64,000 nt of DNA from an uncultured virus (IMG/VR IMGVR_UViG_3300028844_005252) (IMGVR_UViG_3300028844_005252), one strand, 5' to 3'; positions 48,401 to 56,296 are shown, counted from the first letter of the stretch. Made by a program: numbers and translations. The notes: a model not told the origin generated them from the letters alone.

Positions 48401-48480
48401 GAGAAAAGCTCGAAAAGCAACGGGTAGACGCTTGGAAGAAAGTTTTATATAAAGCTAAACAGCGGGGCATCGATGTATAA
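36412..48480 (+). CDS. 4022-aa polyvalent internal virion protein (zincin HExxH, SLOG/YpsA-like, ASCH-like, LPD38-like C-terminus)
   Basis: LLHELGH; FAGIGSR, SGAATGAD, RRNYYQV, GGTGWAV; IKNGQRTATTR...GDII; VDFNKKG...LFFNAGVQG, IPLPWGY, VPVTRRF. Confidence 0.75.
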   Translation: MGALDDLDLGKDQYQTEKEQDDLGFKNYQRPLRPQPLHGEIQPYEDPVQQELPQQQRQAYKDIKTFKNDLDTLNDGIKRYKSISETKEQALNDFYSTKFSPYFDESYADDFNVVSGEQFDSKNFSTTKFDQVDKAFDAIGRDYTDIEARVAEGDTKWFGDDTAFLRAQQKLKGKKRFELIKAKHDRMRKDYDHAFKAHENSVARKKGMSDAFTSLPLGMREAAKAWKEENPGKNLSADSINKLLDSTKFEDPKYSPMGLLLNQDKVDPRTNLVMHKGNREEEQHQKLQGRRLAAVKKEGKAGLARDIKTFDQETKLRDRGLMYSTLGRLANHSIYLSKAEKEALHIDKLKKDGFIQYKGVDIASAQEALGGEDRVIAAKAIENFGEAFTSLQDAEVNYTKNKGSKGISKAKEIRDLAQLNYDEAVKSVTQLGFSKELLKRGRSKSYFGHLRDSATRGSLLDDASEYAFALDGWQEFGTDKASELISIMEQMESLEGSHAFKKFGMAESEGLLEAFGNLFSNFEAIPELITETIVGFGSSYFDAERLGATVGVGAGTGLAVGSAGFNPLTAGGGAATGALWGARINAGLASFVMEYVGEFLGELDKEGVDWRNPNVLVAAVNNPALMDKVREKARTKSGTVAFFDLVAAGIAGRTARLVKKPSAMKKLPKGIKAFRQELDGAAHASWFRNLAAGGAELAVQGSLGGMGEGFGQLLTLDPGEEIDWDAIAAEIGIEMVGPGGIGLGINSISAKSRGMFGDFGMEDISGASETVLNQGNTETEYGRLEQVDRAGWKHERRRFNTSEGFMQALQEVEGFDPNSASGWLISRIAGFAYGMEKRNLGLVISDRTPFRNSKTRGAYQDGVVYINTKALKDGASTNLVLLHELGHFMQDMFFSDPASVENLYNSHHAGNDEVQTAENKLLSWAQYILGKRVTDLSELSPSELKMAKDKFQNTPDNVIRAEWFTTQFGLALAQESGIASSDKLSKEIKVATKNFLKAIFEGQDEALGQFFPNADANVAGVEARMLMLEALGFNPRDLTHNREEQFSRSGPDAIDLDSQRSTFTVNIANIKNWSPQAKDLYARLLGFDNYKSLPNEYKNPRYGKTQEVMEKGGVTEATADVDLLDPSFQSKFDQGKATETQEGGTGLKEALSPEKPESSTTRAAKDAAKVASKARVTDDELEELGMTRKAYEEQAAKNELNPGNTEYAKDLLERRGLAPPSKEEVQAEKTKKLEETAKEGKLTKGAEKVIADSEKSKDKVKPEAKPDPEAAEKAKKAKARRESAPKTKVAIGKNPEELKDTPKKEESTEEGKPTPSGKFDEKFEEENLKKLDPLIEPTPKSEDQEANIDLLEEKAEAYKEQKAEEEADAKTESEGSANDFELKARAKLEGLLSKNNADFTYEYKKASNALLKENKYPTASRIFFKMLSEAAGDGNVFIDETPALQAAIKEVLGSPLIRPGKEAINKLITILESAVNEDFNHLASKELKVDGVLMPFGVHPLADVDYDRIEMGIPRLSMNFRADEEVATGWETEKNVNTLLDQKFAGIGSRNLPERARTAIAGLLAGKMKGRTIHSGAATGADFLFHQQALLGGGKVINHSFKDHTIHNNSQEEFAKVHTPAQLKKADVHLDKADETLGRGWKNRNEYIKNLFRRNYYQVKDVNQVIAVAPIKDGIVQGGTGWAVQMAIDLGKKVTVYDTNTNTWKTWNSKPSKTTLGRRKRDDVKGETTMEWIKNGQRTATTRTKAQVRGIKQGDIIEFYDGKETVLVKVTHDPYQVNHYTISSGMWSRYEGWHEDMYKQVINADKPRFQFRYKLLNKEETEAARKAPIKLELKEHIGQEGQYVNFRRRSEKAHQRDTSSSLYAYKIVKNRKRYNDESAFTLAAALQRLIGETQDISDYLYGVQSVAGEFIDKKDLEYDSSVIAEMAEIFESPLKDKNNSEGTTLQEKQDKIQSLNQKLTSFSIQLAKAASDWKNSHDPKKPSEVAYLKRMEAALETLKKDYGGSKTEKEAKVRMAQIERSLKHIELAEQKFRKDTKKDPYEVELVPVNKEDAIENGVDWLDLPVGSLLSRDKKKGLWNPFSLENDLQTLFGGKVYKNQKTGEVQNQYMTVLGAMVGKKKMKLSAGGKLAQEGSPNRESVMMTDYVSLSQENRIAAVKRMYAKAKDGEQRIKLKKQLDELQKKQRESDRVGSLNTKYPPKTNADNEHMISWKDSLKIYNMIKQSFATTETPAGAAVAAAQTRLKDLMDKAFEDIDDQRGFHNTTLRAVSPLGALFKRIREQTEVIDTDLKPPAFGDDIGDYISAIISDQHESLGYEYKKALYSDFVRRLYEGDAAQSKKSSEQLDRLKKSKTVFNMVEDNWEETKLEDRNKYETTAKETVFLVDEKGRGYTRTRVIATPDQMDTVWEDEAEQKAMTSGETADNVGGTSEIKSWVSSKNDRSAKYFPSILMANIEEVENTPKPRDGTKEDMWLHGLKPKGEKVGYDYVKRIIAFIKKFSKNKTDLANQDFKSFINNAIAGQAFPELNIKAASLSRVKDMRPWQVHNLLPVVIANMVERNGLENITSLPNKNALNEITEGGLAGGWIFKSGILGVAVNHYGEVFKGTNRIDAGITAKDLLARSGKQFDDIVAKYQALINDPNADNVYGRKKAQSDLEKMYKMFGGPINYSLGQFAEEIRNDEARERYQAMYFAQWITKRVAEMGGLESSFGAKVFEDAQNPDVLTESQERDASDKANDENDMTSARDLADAMSGLNEKSEAKTNVTTLADTVSDPAEKVMESEIKSGAWEDVHSVISMSNEQLGKDPRFMRLLKTGEVTTDMVRRMAELTFADSLNQLGTDAEVTAALDAIMEDNKKKYGKPTALGSELLLVSEMPALFSERFSAATRAALAGGWNKLPEEWRNQMEKMWYGVRVRIYNQHISLEELSTKLNKDLKLGYGDTARDFFDVMGIILPSYAKVKIASRIFDAKYKKPILKILEEYGVSDKQFGEYVQALSAGVNNRHIRKLLNDERSKLKEDLKVAEENLKQETNDDEKKSKESNIKKLKEEIEQYDESNYNNAKGEFAASGYSNAEAIDQIKKSLKDPQLKKALADKRNLMGLFQQMNASTIITAWQTGQITQEAMFKMLTTKSRASSADKLVDTVFNMLALNPETGKPFNREDFKDDIEIIKKTWASESWDQQRTEEGGEILDGYYYAPMLGFADNEMHFKQEESLAELTGMGSGSGSGGWNASPSKKPLGPYAQGRRGISRPDPKSALSHSFLKHDEIVMRGAKQEPGKRVREWYELFLEMKQNEKAIREQKSVEWSENFQGIIENYNMKGIFTNPSKTSVIFNQFDSMFESVQEHPDGKMPTQNRIVVEPVERGNKRFVSLRKKDVSLRTTDKGMFFVKKEGELEFVKFRQDIGGVKGARVFNELTNNQVNKLLGVDLQNNLLLRTINWGTRMLAQAYTSYNPDFILTNLVRDMTTATLNLGEDDKKRITKAYTKQFKKFPSYINKIRKAEAALDEGTRSLKFKNMSAEEAVKNIADDDIAQWFQFFEAHGMRTSFTKQEKQTEMMSALQDAIGEKKFPKVDKVKKIINNKGVRGFVEFVENANVGVENVSRVVVAKEMLKSGKFTLQQSVMAGRNISVDFNKKGTWSSGIGSLMLFFNAGVQGNIRFVKSVFSHGSGRAQKLAVSIIGASILHSMLQRMLSAEEDDEENNHYNNLGSYIRNNNLVIFTGDKKHITIPLPWGYNIFWSIGQRIAHAMAGGNIIDEGAGIVNDVHNTLNPLAGGITPGVFAPIAAVKDNETFYGAPLTKPKRDFDVEKPPAFREIKGTKQAFIDISRAMNSFFGGDSVKPATLKGLFTDEIPEGDFDINLAMSGSALEHLFEGYTGGPGAFLSRILSGTASLMDDEPIDMNWNEVPVTRRFFKGDYSNFAISKRFYNLRDRVLKADTYVRNLKNGVRVEEAKQGMKNNKNLISIKASLDGAESRRKDLQRMLDKLEQSNIPPAEKKIKREKLEKQRVDAWKKVLYKAKQRGIDV

Positions 48481-48491
48481 TAATTTATAAC

Positions 48492-50525
48492 ATGAAGAGT
48501 ACAAATCTAATACTTAATCAGGAACAAGAAGAAAAACTTGTAGAGTACGCTTTAGACAGGGTAGAAAATCTCGCCGAAGATAATAGAGAGCGTATAAGTA
48601 GTGACCAGTTAGCTTGGAAAACTTATCAGAATGACAGGAGTGATCGGGCGGATATGGACTCTATTTACTCTCAGTCCAACACACCCGTACCGCTTACAAG
48701 TTTAGTCGTAGATCACTTCTTAGCTAGAGCAGAAGACGAGATCACCGGTACGAGTCCTTATTTTGAGTTTAAACCTCAAGGAGTTTCAGACACTCAAGCC
48801 GCCGAGGAGTTTAACAGGTATTTTCATTGGAAATTAGAAGACAAGGGTAGGATTAGAGAAAGATTGGAAGAGAGTTTTCTTCACATCTTTTTGCAAAGAG
48901 CCGCTATATTTAAATCAGTTTACGAGGAAAGAAAGTCTACTTGGTACGACATGGAGCGTAATGCATTGTATGACAATGAAGAACAATCCTTTGTAGAACT
49001 TCTAGACATCGGTCCTGTGATTGAGGGGGAAACCGAAATGATCCCCGAAATGAATCCAGAGACCGGCGAAATGGAGACCCGTTTAGCTGCTGATCCAACT
49101 TTTTCAGTCATCCCCGGCAAGCATGAATTTAAATCATTTCCCGAAGGTGTACCGACTCAACAGATAAAGTACAAAGGTCCCAGGTCGGTGGTCGTAGATA
49201 CAGACAGGTTTTTAGCACCTAGTAGTGTAGAACATTTAGAATATGCCGATTTTATTGCCGAACTTTACGACAAAGACTTAAATTGGTGTCGTGATATATT
49301 CTTGGAAAGAGACTGGTTCTCTTACGCTGATTATGCAGAGACTGCTAAAAAAGATCCAAACCCAAGAACTAAATCACAAAAGAACGAGGAATCTAAAGAC
49401 TCTAAAAAGTTCGATAAAGAGAAAGTTCCAATGGTTCCTATCGTGGAGTGTTGGATTAGCCGCGATGTTTTAGGAACAGGCGAGCCTCAAGAGTTCTGTG
49501 TATTCATAGACACGGAAACTAAAAAAGCTATTTATTACGAATACACCGCAAAACTAACACCTGATAACCGCCCACCTTATGTAACGGTTGCTATTGGTAA
49601 AATGCAGAACCGTTGGTGGGGGCCGAGTTTACCTGAGAAAATTAGGGTGTATCAGGAGTATATCGACAAACAGTTTAATTCAGAGAGTTACAGAAACGAA
49701 CTTGCTGCTAATCCTATTATAGGTGTTAACCCGCAGGCCGTGGAAGATGAGCCCGAGGATGTAGAACTTCATGCTGGTAAACTATTTCAATTAAAAGATC
49801 AGTACGGTATGGAAGACTTTCTGTCTTTCTCAGCTCTACCAAACATGGATCAAAAAACACAGGAACTTATAGATTTTGTTTTTGGAATGGTTCAGCTTTG
49901 GTTGGGTGTTAGTAATATGGCTCAGGGAGACTACCAAGCTCTGTCTCCAGCTAATACCGCAACAGGAGTAGAAGCAACTCTTCGTGAAGCCTCTAAAATT
50001 GGTCGTCGTTGGATGCGTAGAATCGTTCGTGGTTTTGAGGAGCATTTAACTAAGCTCATAAAACTCTCCATGGCTACTATGGATGAGGCTGAGATCTATG
50101 AGTACATGGAAGGAGAAGTTTCAGCTTTTGCCGAAATGACACCCGAAAAAATAGCGGACTTAGAAATGAACTGTAAGGTCATAATGTCGCAGGACCAAGG
50201 TCAACGGGCGATAGAGAAGGCTAACCTAGCTCTTCAAGTTCAGGAAAGGTATTTAGAACATCCTCCCGAAATTAGACCGTTCAGCCGACCAATGTTCAAA
50301 AGAATTTTAGATGCCCTTGGATTTGAAAATATCGATGAGTTACTTCCCGAAGCAGCTCCGCCAAGCCCTAAAAGTGAGGCTGAGATAATGAAACTTATGG
50401 CCGACTCACAAGGTGGTGGGGGTGGCGAAGTACCTCAAGCAAACAATCAAATCGACGCTCAAATACAGGGAATGGGTAACAGCAATCCCCAGGGCGAAAA
50501 CCAATATCAACAACAGACAGGATAA
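48492..50525 (+). CDS. Portal protein
   Basis: Size and position; PQGVSD...A, RWWGPSL, NTATG, IVRGFE motifs typical of P22/N4-like portals. Confidence 0.8.
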   Translation: MKSTNLILNQEQEEKLVEYALDRVENLAEDNRERISSDQLAWKTYQNDRSDRADMDSIYSQSNTPVPLTSLVVDHFLARAEDEITGTSPYFEFKPQGVSDTQAAEEFNRYFHWKLEDKGRIRERLEESFLHIFLQRAAIFKSVYEERKSTWYDMERNALYDNEEQSFVELLDIGPVIEGETEMIPEMNPETGEMETRLAADPTFSVIPGKHEFKSFPEGVPTQQIKYKGPRSVVVDTDRFLAPSSVEHLEYADFIAELYDKDLNWCRDIFLERDWFSYADYAETAKKDPNPRTKSQKNEESKDSKKFDKEKVPMVPIVECWISRDVLGTGEPQEFCVFIDTETKKAIYYEYTAKLTPDNRPPYVTVAIGKMQNRWWGPSLPEKIRVYQEYIDKQFNSESYRNELAANPIIGVNPQAVEDEPEDVELHAGKLFQLKDQYGMEDFLSFSALPNMDQKTQELIDFVFGMVQLWLGVSNMAQGDYQALSPANTATGVEATLREASKIGRRWMRRIVRGFEEHLTKLIKLSMATMDEAEIYEYMEGEVSAFAEMTPEKIADLEMNCKVIMSQDQGQRAIEKANLALQVQERYLEHPPEIRPFSRPMFKRILDALGFENIDELLPEAAPPSPKSEAEIMKLMADSQGGGGGEVPQANNQIDAQIQGMGNSNPQGENQYQQQTG

Positions 50526-50530
50526 TTATC

Positions 50531-50773
50531 ATGGCAAACAAATACACACACTCAAAAACACCGACTAGCCAAAAGGCTAAAACAAGACCGGACGGAAACG
50601 CTAGGCTTTCTTTGAAAAAGTTAGGTTTAAACCGATTTAAAGGAGCTAACCTAGAAGTAGTCAAGCGTCAGCTCGGAGCTAACTTTGGAAGCTACATCCA
50701 CCCACTCGGGAAAGCTTACTCAACACTTACAGGCGTTATTTCTAAGACCAATAGAGCACAATCCGTAGGTTAA
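50531..50773 (+). CDS. Hypothetical basic protein
   Basis: Late operon ORF. Confidence 0.55.
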   Translation: MANKYTHSKTPTSQKAKTRPDGNARLSLKKLGLNRFKGANLEVVKRQLGANFGSYIHPLGKAYSTLTGVISKTNRAQSVG

Positions 50774-51054
50774 TGAGCGACATCGTTCTATTTGATAAAC
50801 TTTCCGATGTTAAAAGGCTTACAACGGATGAGGCTTTTGGGCATCTTGAAAAACGGTTTCAGACCGAAAGAGGTAGATACCTCTCCAGGATGCTTGACCG
50901 CGAAACAAGTCCCGAGGAAACAATTGCTTTCAAGGCCGTCGTTAATGCGTTGGAAAACTTATCGCCAATGGCTCTCGCGGAAACAGTCATCAAAATAGAA
51001 TCGAAGAATCTCAAAAAACATAACCCCGAAATGTTTAAGATTAAAAAAGCGTGA
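50773..51054 (+). CDS. Hypothetical protein (post-portal)
   Basis: TAATG coupling. Confidence 0.6.
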   Translation: MSDIVLFDKLSDVKRLTTDEAFGHLEKRFQTERGRYLSRMLDRETSPEETIAFKAVVNALENLSPMALAETVIKIESKNLKKHNPEMFKIKKA

Positions 51055-51221
51055 ATAACGAAAAAACCACATCTATAGTTTCAGCTAAAGTTACGAGTCC
51101 CACCCCGGTTACTAAACCTGTGAATAAACCTAACCCCGTAAAGGTAAGTAACCCTTTGTTTACTAAAGTAGTACCGGTAAAGACTAGTAATAACCTTTTC
51201 ACAAAAGTTAACCCAGTATAA
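51051..51221 (+). CDS. 56-aa P/V/K/T-rich protein (not in ORF track)
   Basis: GTGA and TAATG overlaps at both ends; LFTKV repeated. Confidence 0.5.
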   Translation: MNNEKTTSIVSAKVTSPTPVTKPVNKPNPVKVSNPLFTKVVPVKTSNNLFTKVNPV

Positions 51222-51424
51222 TGCCTAACCCGATTAAAGTATTAACAGGACCACCCGCTCCCGTTATAAATCCAAACACACCCGCTACTGAACCGGTTAA
51301 ATCTTATATAGACCGGTTACTTAGCTCTTATCCGCAAAAAACGGAGTTTTCCGAAAATTCAACTACAACCACTTGTTATGTATTGGACGGTGGTGACTCC
51401 GGAAGCCAGCCGTGCGATGACTAA
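51221..51424 (+). CDS. Small virion protein
   Basis: Coupled; VLDGG motif common in phage fibre proteins. Confidence 0.5.
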   Translation: MPNPIKVLTGPPAPVINPNTPATEPVKSYIDRLLSSYPQKTEFSENSTTTTCYVLDGGDSGSQPCDD

Positions 51425-51657
51425 TGAGTGTATCTTTAAGAATTCGTCGCGATACCGAGGCTCGGTGGCTCGAAAACGACCCTGTCCCACACCAGGGTGA
51501 GTTGTGTATGGACATTACGAATCATAAAATTAAATTAGGCGACGGCTTCAACGAGTGGAGCAAACTTTCTTATATGAACTCAGAAGAAGTCAGTTCAATC
51601 CGTGAAGAATACGGAAATGAAACCGATTTCATTCTTAACTACGAACTGTTTAAATAA
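51424..51657 (+). CDS. Mtd-N/hyaluronidase-N-like tail fibre anchor domain protein
   Basis: IRRDT...W...DPV...GE...D...KIKLGDG...W...LSY. Confidence 0.8.
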   Translation: MSVSLRIRRDTEARWLENDPVPHQGELCMDITNHKIKLGDGFNEWSKLSYMNSEEVSSIREEYGNETDFILNYELFK

Positions 51658-51665
51658 TAACTACT

Positions 51666-52575
51666 ATGGCAGACCCAACAAATATTTTAGGTAAAATCGG
51701 TAAAAAAGTCGGGGAAGAGCTTAAAGGCTTTAGAACCACAAGCGACAGCACATATGCTACTCAGGTTTCTTTAGGTAATACGGACGGACAAGTCTCTATT
51801 AACTCAAGTGCTATTGTAAGCTTAGGTAACGCTATTATAAGCTTGGGCAATTCCTCAGGTCAGGATTATGTTACCAAAGTTTCATTAAATAATTATAAAA
51901 CGGGGATTAATGTATTTACAGATCTTGCCGCAACAAGAGCCGAGATTGGTGATTTAACAGTTACAGGTACGACTACAACTTTAAATACACAGACCGTTGT
52001 CGTTGAGGATAACATCATCGAGGTTAATTTAAAATCCGACGGGTCTGAATCCGCACAGACAGGCGGTATTCAGATTAACCGAGGAGAATCCCCCGCGTCA
52101 GTTACTGAAACTTTGGGTAATGGTATTGCTAACTTTAATGCAACACCTAGTGGTGGCTTCCTTCATACTATAAGTTGGCTACAGGATGGGAACGATCCGA
52201 GCACTGATACTGTTACATTTAATGTCGTTAATACTCAACCAACAGGAAGTGAAGTAGACTCTCATATCGGTAAACTCCAGGCGGGTGAGAATTATATAAC
52301 TAACTCATCAGGGGCAACTTTGGTTTTCGATTTTGATACCAAAGGTAACCTCCTCTCTATTGATACTTTTGAACAGATAGGTGCAGGTTCTAGCGTAAGA
52401 CGGATAATCGGTTTCAACCATGTAGGTGGTGTAGAGGATAAAGCTAAAAGTTAAGGATGTCAACGCAAGCGGAATTGTTGCAGTTTCAAGTGGGACAAGC
52501 CTTACTATAAATGGAATAGATATAGGTGATTTCTCTGAGTTCGCAGCGGGTGTTTCCCTTGGTAAGACTGTGTAA
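51666..52575 (+). CDS. Tail fibre-like protein with apparent frameshift near 52447
   Basis: GDLTVTGTTTTLNT...VEDNII fibre motif. The ORF stops at 52454 but a +1 frame continues KVKDVNASG...GDFSEFAAG to 52575. Confidence 0.6.
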
Positions 52576-52578
52576 GAT

Positions 52579-52896
52579 GTGGCTTCGATTCTTGAACAGA
52601 TTGGTACTAAGGTCGGTCAAGAGTTAAAAGCTCTTGATGCTAAGATCGGTCAAAGCAATGGCTCACCTACGGATAGCTATTCAGAAACTACTTTTACAAA
52701 TGGTTTATTAAGTGGACTAACTTTTTGGTCCAATAGTTCTAAATTAACAAAACTATCCTCCAAAACATTTTCATACACAAGTGGTAATCTAACTAGCGTA
52801 GTAGAAAAAGACGGTTCTGATGTTACTACGCTCACGAAGACTTTAACCTATGATGGAGATGGTAATGTCTCATCAATCACAAAGGATTACGCATGA
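52579..52896 (+). CDS. Small tail fibre-associated protein
   Basis: N-terminus ILEQIGTKVGQELK is paralogous to ILGKIGKKVGEELK of 51666; YD-like KTLTYDGDGN. Confidence 0.65.
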   Translation: MASILEQIGTKVGQELKALDAKIGQSNGSPTDSYSETTFTNGLLSGLTFWSNSSKLTKLSSKTFSYTSGNLTSVVEKDGSDVTTLTKTLTYDGDGNVSSITKDYA

Positions 52897-55559
52897 ACAT
52901 TACATCCGATACCACTTATTCTTCTAGTGGGCATACTGCTAACAACACTTTGGTAGTTAGCGACTTCGCGACTCTTACAATAAATTCAACAACGGCAACA
53001 ATTTCAAGTCTCACATTTAGTGGAGGAGGAGGTAAAGTTTTAGTTGAGAACACAAGTACAACTAACCCAATCTTTGTAGGACTTGGTGGAGATTTTGATA
53101 TTTCTGAAAATGGTGAATTGGATGTAAATGGTGGGTTAATTGAATTAGCAACTGGAAATGGTACAACTACAACATTCACGCTACCTACAGATGGAAGTAA
53201 TCAGTACACCAACCTTGGTGCGGTTTGGGTGGGTACTGATACATTTAGGAACGGGACAGAATACAAGGTCACTTATGGAGAAATTGACCAATTCACTAAT
53301 ATTGAATCTCATGCAAGTCTGAAAAATTTCTTCATGCATGACACAACTAGCAATCAAATTGAGTTTTTAGAAGCACCTGCAAATGGTGTTAAAATTTGGA
53401 TACCCAATGTGCAAATCAGCGGTATCACCACCTTGACTTGCGTAGGTCAAATAAACGCTACGAATTGTGCCTTGGAGCTTGATACCCAAGTAGGTGGCTA
53501 TTCTAAAAAGACACAAGTTTTTAATACTGTAGGAATTGTTCAGACAAGTACAACTTTTATGAACAATAGAAGGCAAGTAGGTAGTTACAATTTCTTAAAT
53601 GTTGGTAGCAAGGCACAGTCTTATTGGGATTTTTATGGAATGGCAGAAACCATTATTTTAAAGAATTGCGTATTCTCAAGCAGGAATAATCGTGTTATGG
53701 ATACTAACGGGGCAAGTAAAGTAGAAGCTGAAAAAGTTGCCTTTATTAACAGGGAGCCTGCTTCTGCTGGACATCTAAATCACAACTCATTTCTTTTAGG
53801 AGGGCAAACCTCTAGAGTTTATGACATTACAATAGCAAGTACATGTCGCTTCAGAATAGACTCAAATCGTGCAATTATCAGAGGGGTTTACCATTCTATT
53901 AAATTCTACACTACTCAATCTCATAAACAAATTAATCATGTGTATTGCAGAGGATTTGATAATCTATTTGATGATTATAATCAGATTCCAGTTGGTTCTG
54001 GTGGTAGTTCTATAGTTTATTGTGAGACAGGGACTAGCGGAAACACATTCAACGACTTCAATGTTGATGGCACTGCTATAAGTTATGGGCTTTGGGACAG
54101 AGGAGTTGGAACTAGAGCTAACAAATGGAATGTCTCAACTAACTTTAATGTTGATGTAAACGGAGATGGTGAGACATCTAATGGTGAGTTTAAAAACTTT
54201 ACTAATCAAAATGCTCATAACATTTCCGCAGGGACTTTGTTACCAACAGATGGAGAGGTTGAGCGTATGCTTATTCGTAGCAATGATCTTGACCTTAGAT
54301 GTGGACTTGCCGTTCAGTCCATGACTAACGCATCAACCGGTTTGTTATACACAAATACAAACAAGACACAGGCTAGGATTGCAGGATGCTTTTCAAGACC
54401 CAACGCAAACACAACAGACAGAACTTACGCTGACTCAGATTATAAATACTCTGCAAATAACAAACTCCACATAAAAAACATCAATGGTGGTGGAAGTTTT
54501 GAGTCACGGGCATACAAGGGAGTGACCGGAGTTAATGGATTTGTGTTTAGTGATTTTGGAGATTTTACTTACACAGTACAGTTGAGAAAAATTGGAGGGA
54601 CATACTCTAGTGCTTACGAAATAACTGACACGAGTGGGACTGGGCTTTCGGCAGATAATACTGCTTTAGCAACTGCTTATTCTGCACTTACTGATGGGGA
54701 TGCAGACACGATACAATATAAAATAAGTTTCTCAAAAAACACAGGGACAACTTATGATGATTATGTAAATTATTTTGGATTGGATGTCACAACTGATGCA
54801 AATTACGAAGCAGAGTTTTTAATAGTAGACGGGTCACTCGTATCAGCACCGAATATCTTATCTGGAACGAGGGTGCAGATTTACAATGTTAGCAAAAGTG
54901 TAGAGCTTGATACACAAATTTTAACAACAAATGGATATAAATTGGTCTTAGACCTTTCGGCAAATGTTAATGTTGATGATGGAGATACATTAAGATTAAG
55001 AGCAACTTGTACGGCAGGAGCAGAAGCATTTCTTCCAGTAGAAAGTTTTGGTGTTATAAACGAAATTGGTATAACTTTTGCAGATTCCCAACAAGCGGAC
55101 ACCGTATACAACTCTAATGCCATAGACGGAAGTCAAGTATCAACATTAACCGCAGACTACAACAACCCAATGGGAGTAGATGTATCGGATGCGGATGGCA
55201 CAGCAAGCGTTAAAGAAATGTATGCATTCTTTGTGTATTCAACAACGACAGTGGATGGTGTTGATAAATGGTTTAATGGTATACGAGCTATTGATAATGC
55301 AAACTACGAAGTGGTCACAGCTAATGCCGATATAAAGATTCAGAACATAGGTAGTAACGCAGTCGTAGTGATGGATGGCAGATTATATCGAGACGACTAT
55401 GCGTCCGTTCTATATGCAGAAAACGGTGACAAACCAATATCTATGGATTCAGGTGCTTTAACTACGAATGTTCAGCCAATGGTAGAGTTCGTTTTGAATA
55501 ACAACGCCAAGGTGAATTCAATAGATAAAAATACAAAAATAATACCCGCACTATTATGA
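52893..55559 (+). CDS. Tail spike/receptor-binding protein (beta-helix-like)
   Basis: T/N/G/S-rich beta content; C-terminal GTRVQIYNV...GDTLRLRAT module. Confidence 0.65.
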   Translation: MNITSDTTYSSSGHTANNTLVVSDFATLTINSTTATISSLTFSGGGGKVLVENTSTTNPIFVGLGGDFDISENGELDVNGGLIELATGNGTTTTFTLPTDGSNQYTNLGAVWVGTDTFRNGTEYKVTYGEIDQFTNIESHASLKNFFMHDTTSNQIEFLEAPANGVKIWIPNVQISGITTLTCVGQINATNCALELDTQVGGYSKKTQVFNTVGIVQTSTTFMNNRRQVGSYNFLNVGSKAQSYWDFYGMAETIILKNCVFSSRNNRVMDTNGASKVEAEKVAFINREPASAGHLNHNSFLLGGQTSRVYDITIASTCRFRIDSNRAIIRGVYHSIKFYTTQSHKQINHVYCRGFDNLFDDYNQIPVGSGGSSIVYCETGTSGNTFNDFNVDGTAISYGLWDRGVGTRANKWNVSTNFNVDVNGDGETSNGEFKNFTNQNAHNISAGTLLPTDGEVERMLIRSNDLDLRCGLAVQSMTNASTGLLYTNTNKTQARIAGCFSRPNANTTDRTYADSDYKYSANNKLHIKNINGGGSFESRAYKGVTGVNGFVFSDFGDFTYTVQLRKIGGTYSSAYEITDTSGTGLSADNTALATAYSALTDGDADTIQYKISFSKNTGTTYDDYVNYFGLDVTTDANYEAEFLIVDGSLVSAPNILSGTRVQIYNVSKSVELDTQILTTNGYKLVLDLSANVNVDDGDTLRLRATCTAGAEAFLPVESFGVINEIGITFADSQQADTVYNSNAIDGSQVSTLTADYNNPMGVDVSDADGTASVKEMYAFFVYSTTTVDGVDKWFNGIRAIDNANYEVVTANADIKIQNIGSNAVVVMDGRLYRDDYASVLYAENGDKPISMDSGALTTNVQPMVEFVLNNNAKVNSIDKNTKIIPALL

Positions 55560-56041
55560 GTAGAGGAGACATAGCTTTACTTTTAGACATACTGCTAATA
55601 GTGGCTATGGTTTTACTGACTCAGAGTTGCACAGTTTCCCAATGGTATCCCGCCGCGGGTGCTGTTGCGGGAGGGGCGTCGGGCTCAATTTTAGGGCCGG
55701 CGGGAGGTGGAATTGGTGCCGGCATTGGTTATGCGGGTGGGAAGACTGCTCAGATGATGTCTGAGAATGAAGATCTTAAGGAGACAGTCGATGCCTTGAC
55801 ACACGGTGATGTTTCAAAACTTGTTGAAAAGGGCTTAGAATCTCAAGCGTCAGGCTTTCAAGAGTTTACGGGGAGTATAAAAAATATACTAACGGTAGCG
55901 GGGTCAGTTCTGCTCGCGTATCTTTGTATTCCAATACTACTTGCCAGAAGAAGTGCCCAAAAAGAAGTGCAGAAATGTGTAACTAGAGCGCCTTTCCCGG
56001 TAAGACCGCCGCCAAGACCCAGCGACCATGAAAAACTTTAA
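55556..56041 (+). CDS. Putative lipoprotein/membrane protein (glycine zipper), lysis-related candidate
   Basis: Signal peptide with lipobox-like TQSC, GxxxG repeats, C-terminal TM helix. Confidence 0.6.
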   Translation: MSRGDIALLLDILLIVAMVLLTQSCTVSQWYPAAGAVAGGASGSILGPAGGGIGAGIGYAGGKTAQMMSENEDLKETVDALTHGDVSKLVEKGLESQASGFQEFTGSIKNILTVAGSVLLAYLCIPILLARRSAQKEVQKCVTRAPFPVRPPPRPSDHEKL

Positions 56042-56144
56042 ATTACTCAAAGAATACTACGGAACATTATCATGCAAAGGAAAACTAATTTTCGCAGCAG
56101 TAGTGTTGGCAACAGCCTACATATTACTAGATACGGTATCATGA
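56028..56144 (+). CDS. 38-aa membrane peptide (not in ORF track)
   Basis: MKNFKLL...LIFAAVVLATAYILL; ATGA-coupled to the next ORF. Confidence 0.45.
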   Translation: MKNFKLLKEYYGTLSCKGKLIFAAVVLATAYILLDTVS

Positions 56145-56296
56145 CAGACAGCACACCAATAATAGGAATGATCGGTACTGGGCTTTCTTTTACGCTCGGC
56201 CAGTGGAACGATTTAGTAGGACTAATAGCCGGCGTTTTAACATGCGGGTATATGTTATGGAAACTTTATAGATTTTATAAAAATGAAGAAAAATAA
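56141..56296 (+). CDS. Holin-like small membrane protein
   Basis: Two hydrophobic segments, charged C-terminus. Confidence 0.5.
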   Translation: MTDSTPIIGMIGTGLSFTLGQWNDLVGLIAGVLTCGYMLWKLYRFYKNEEK

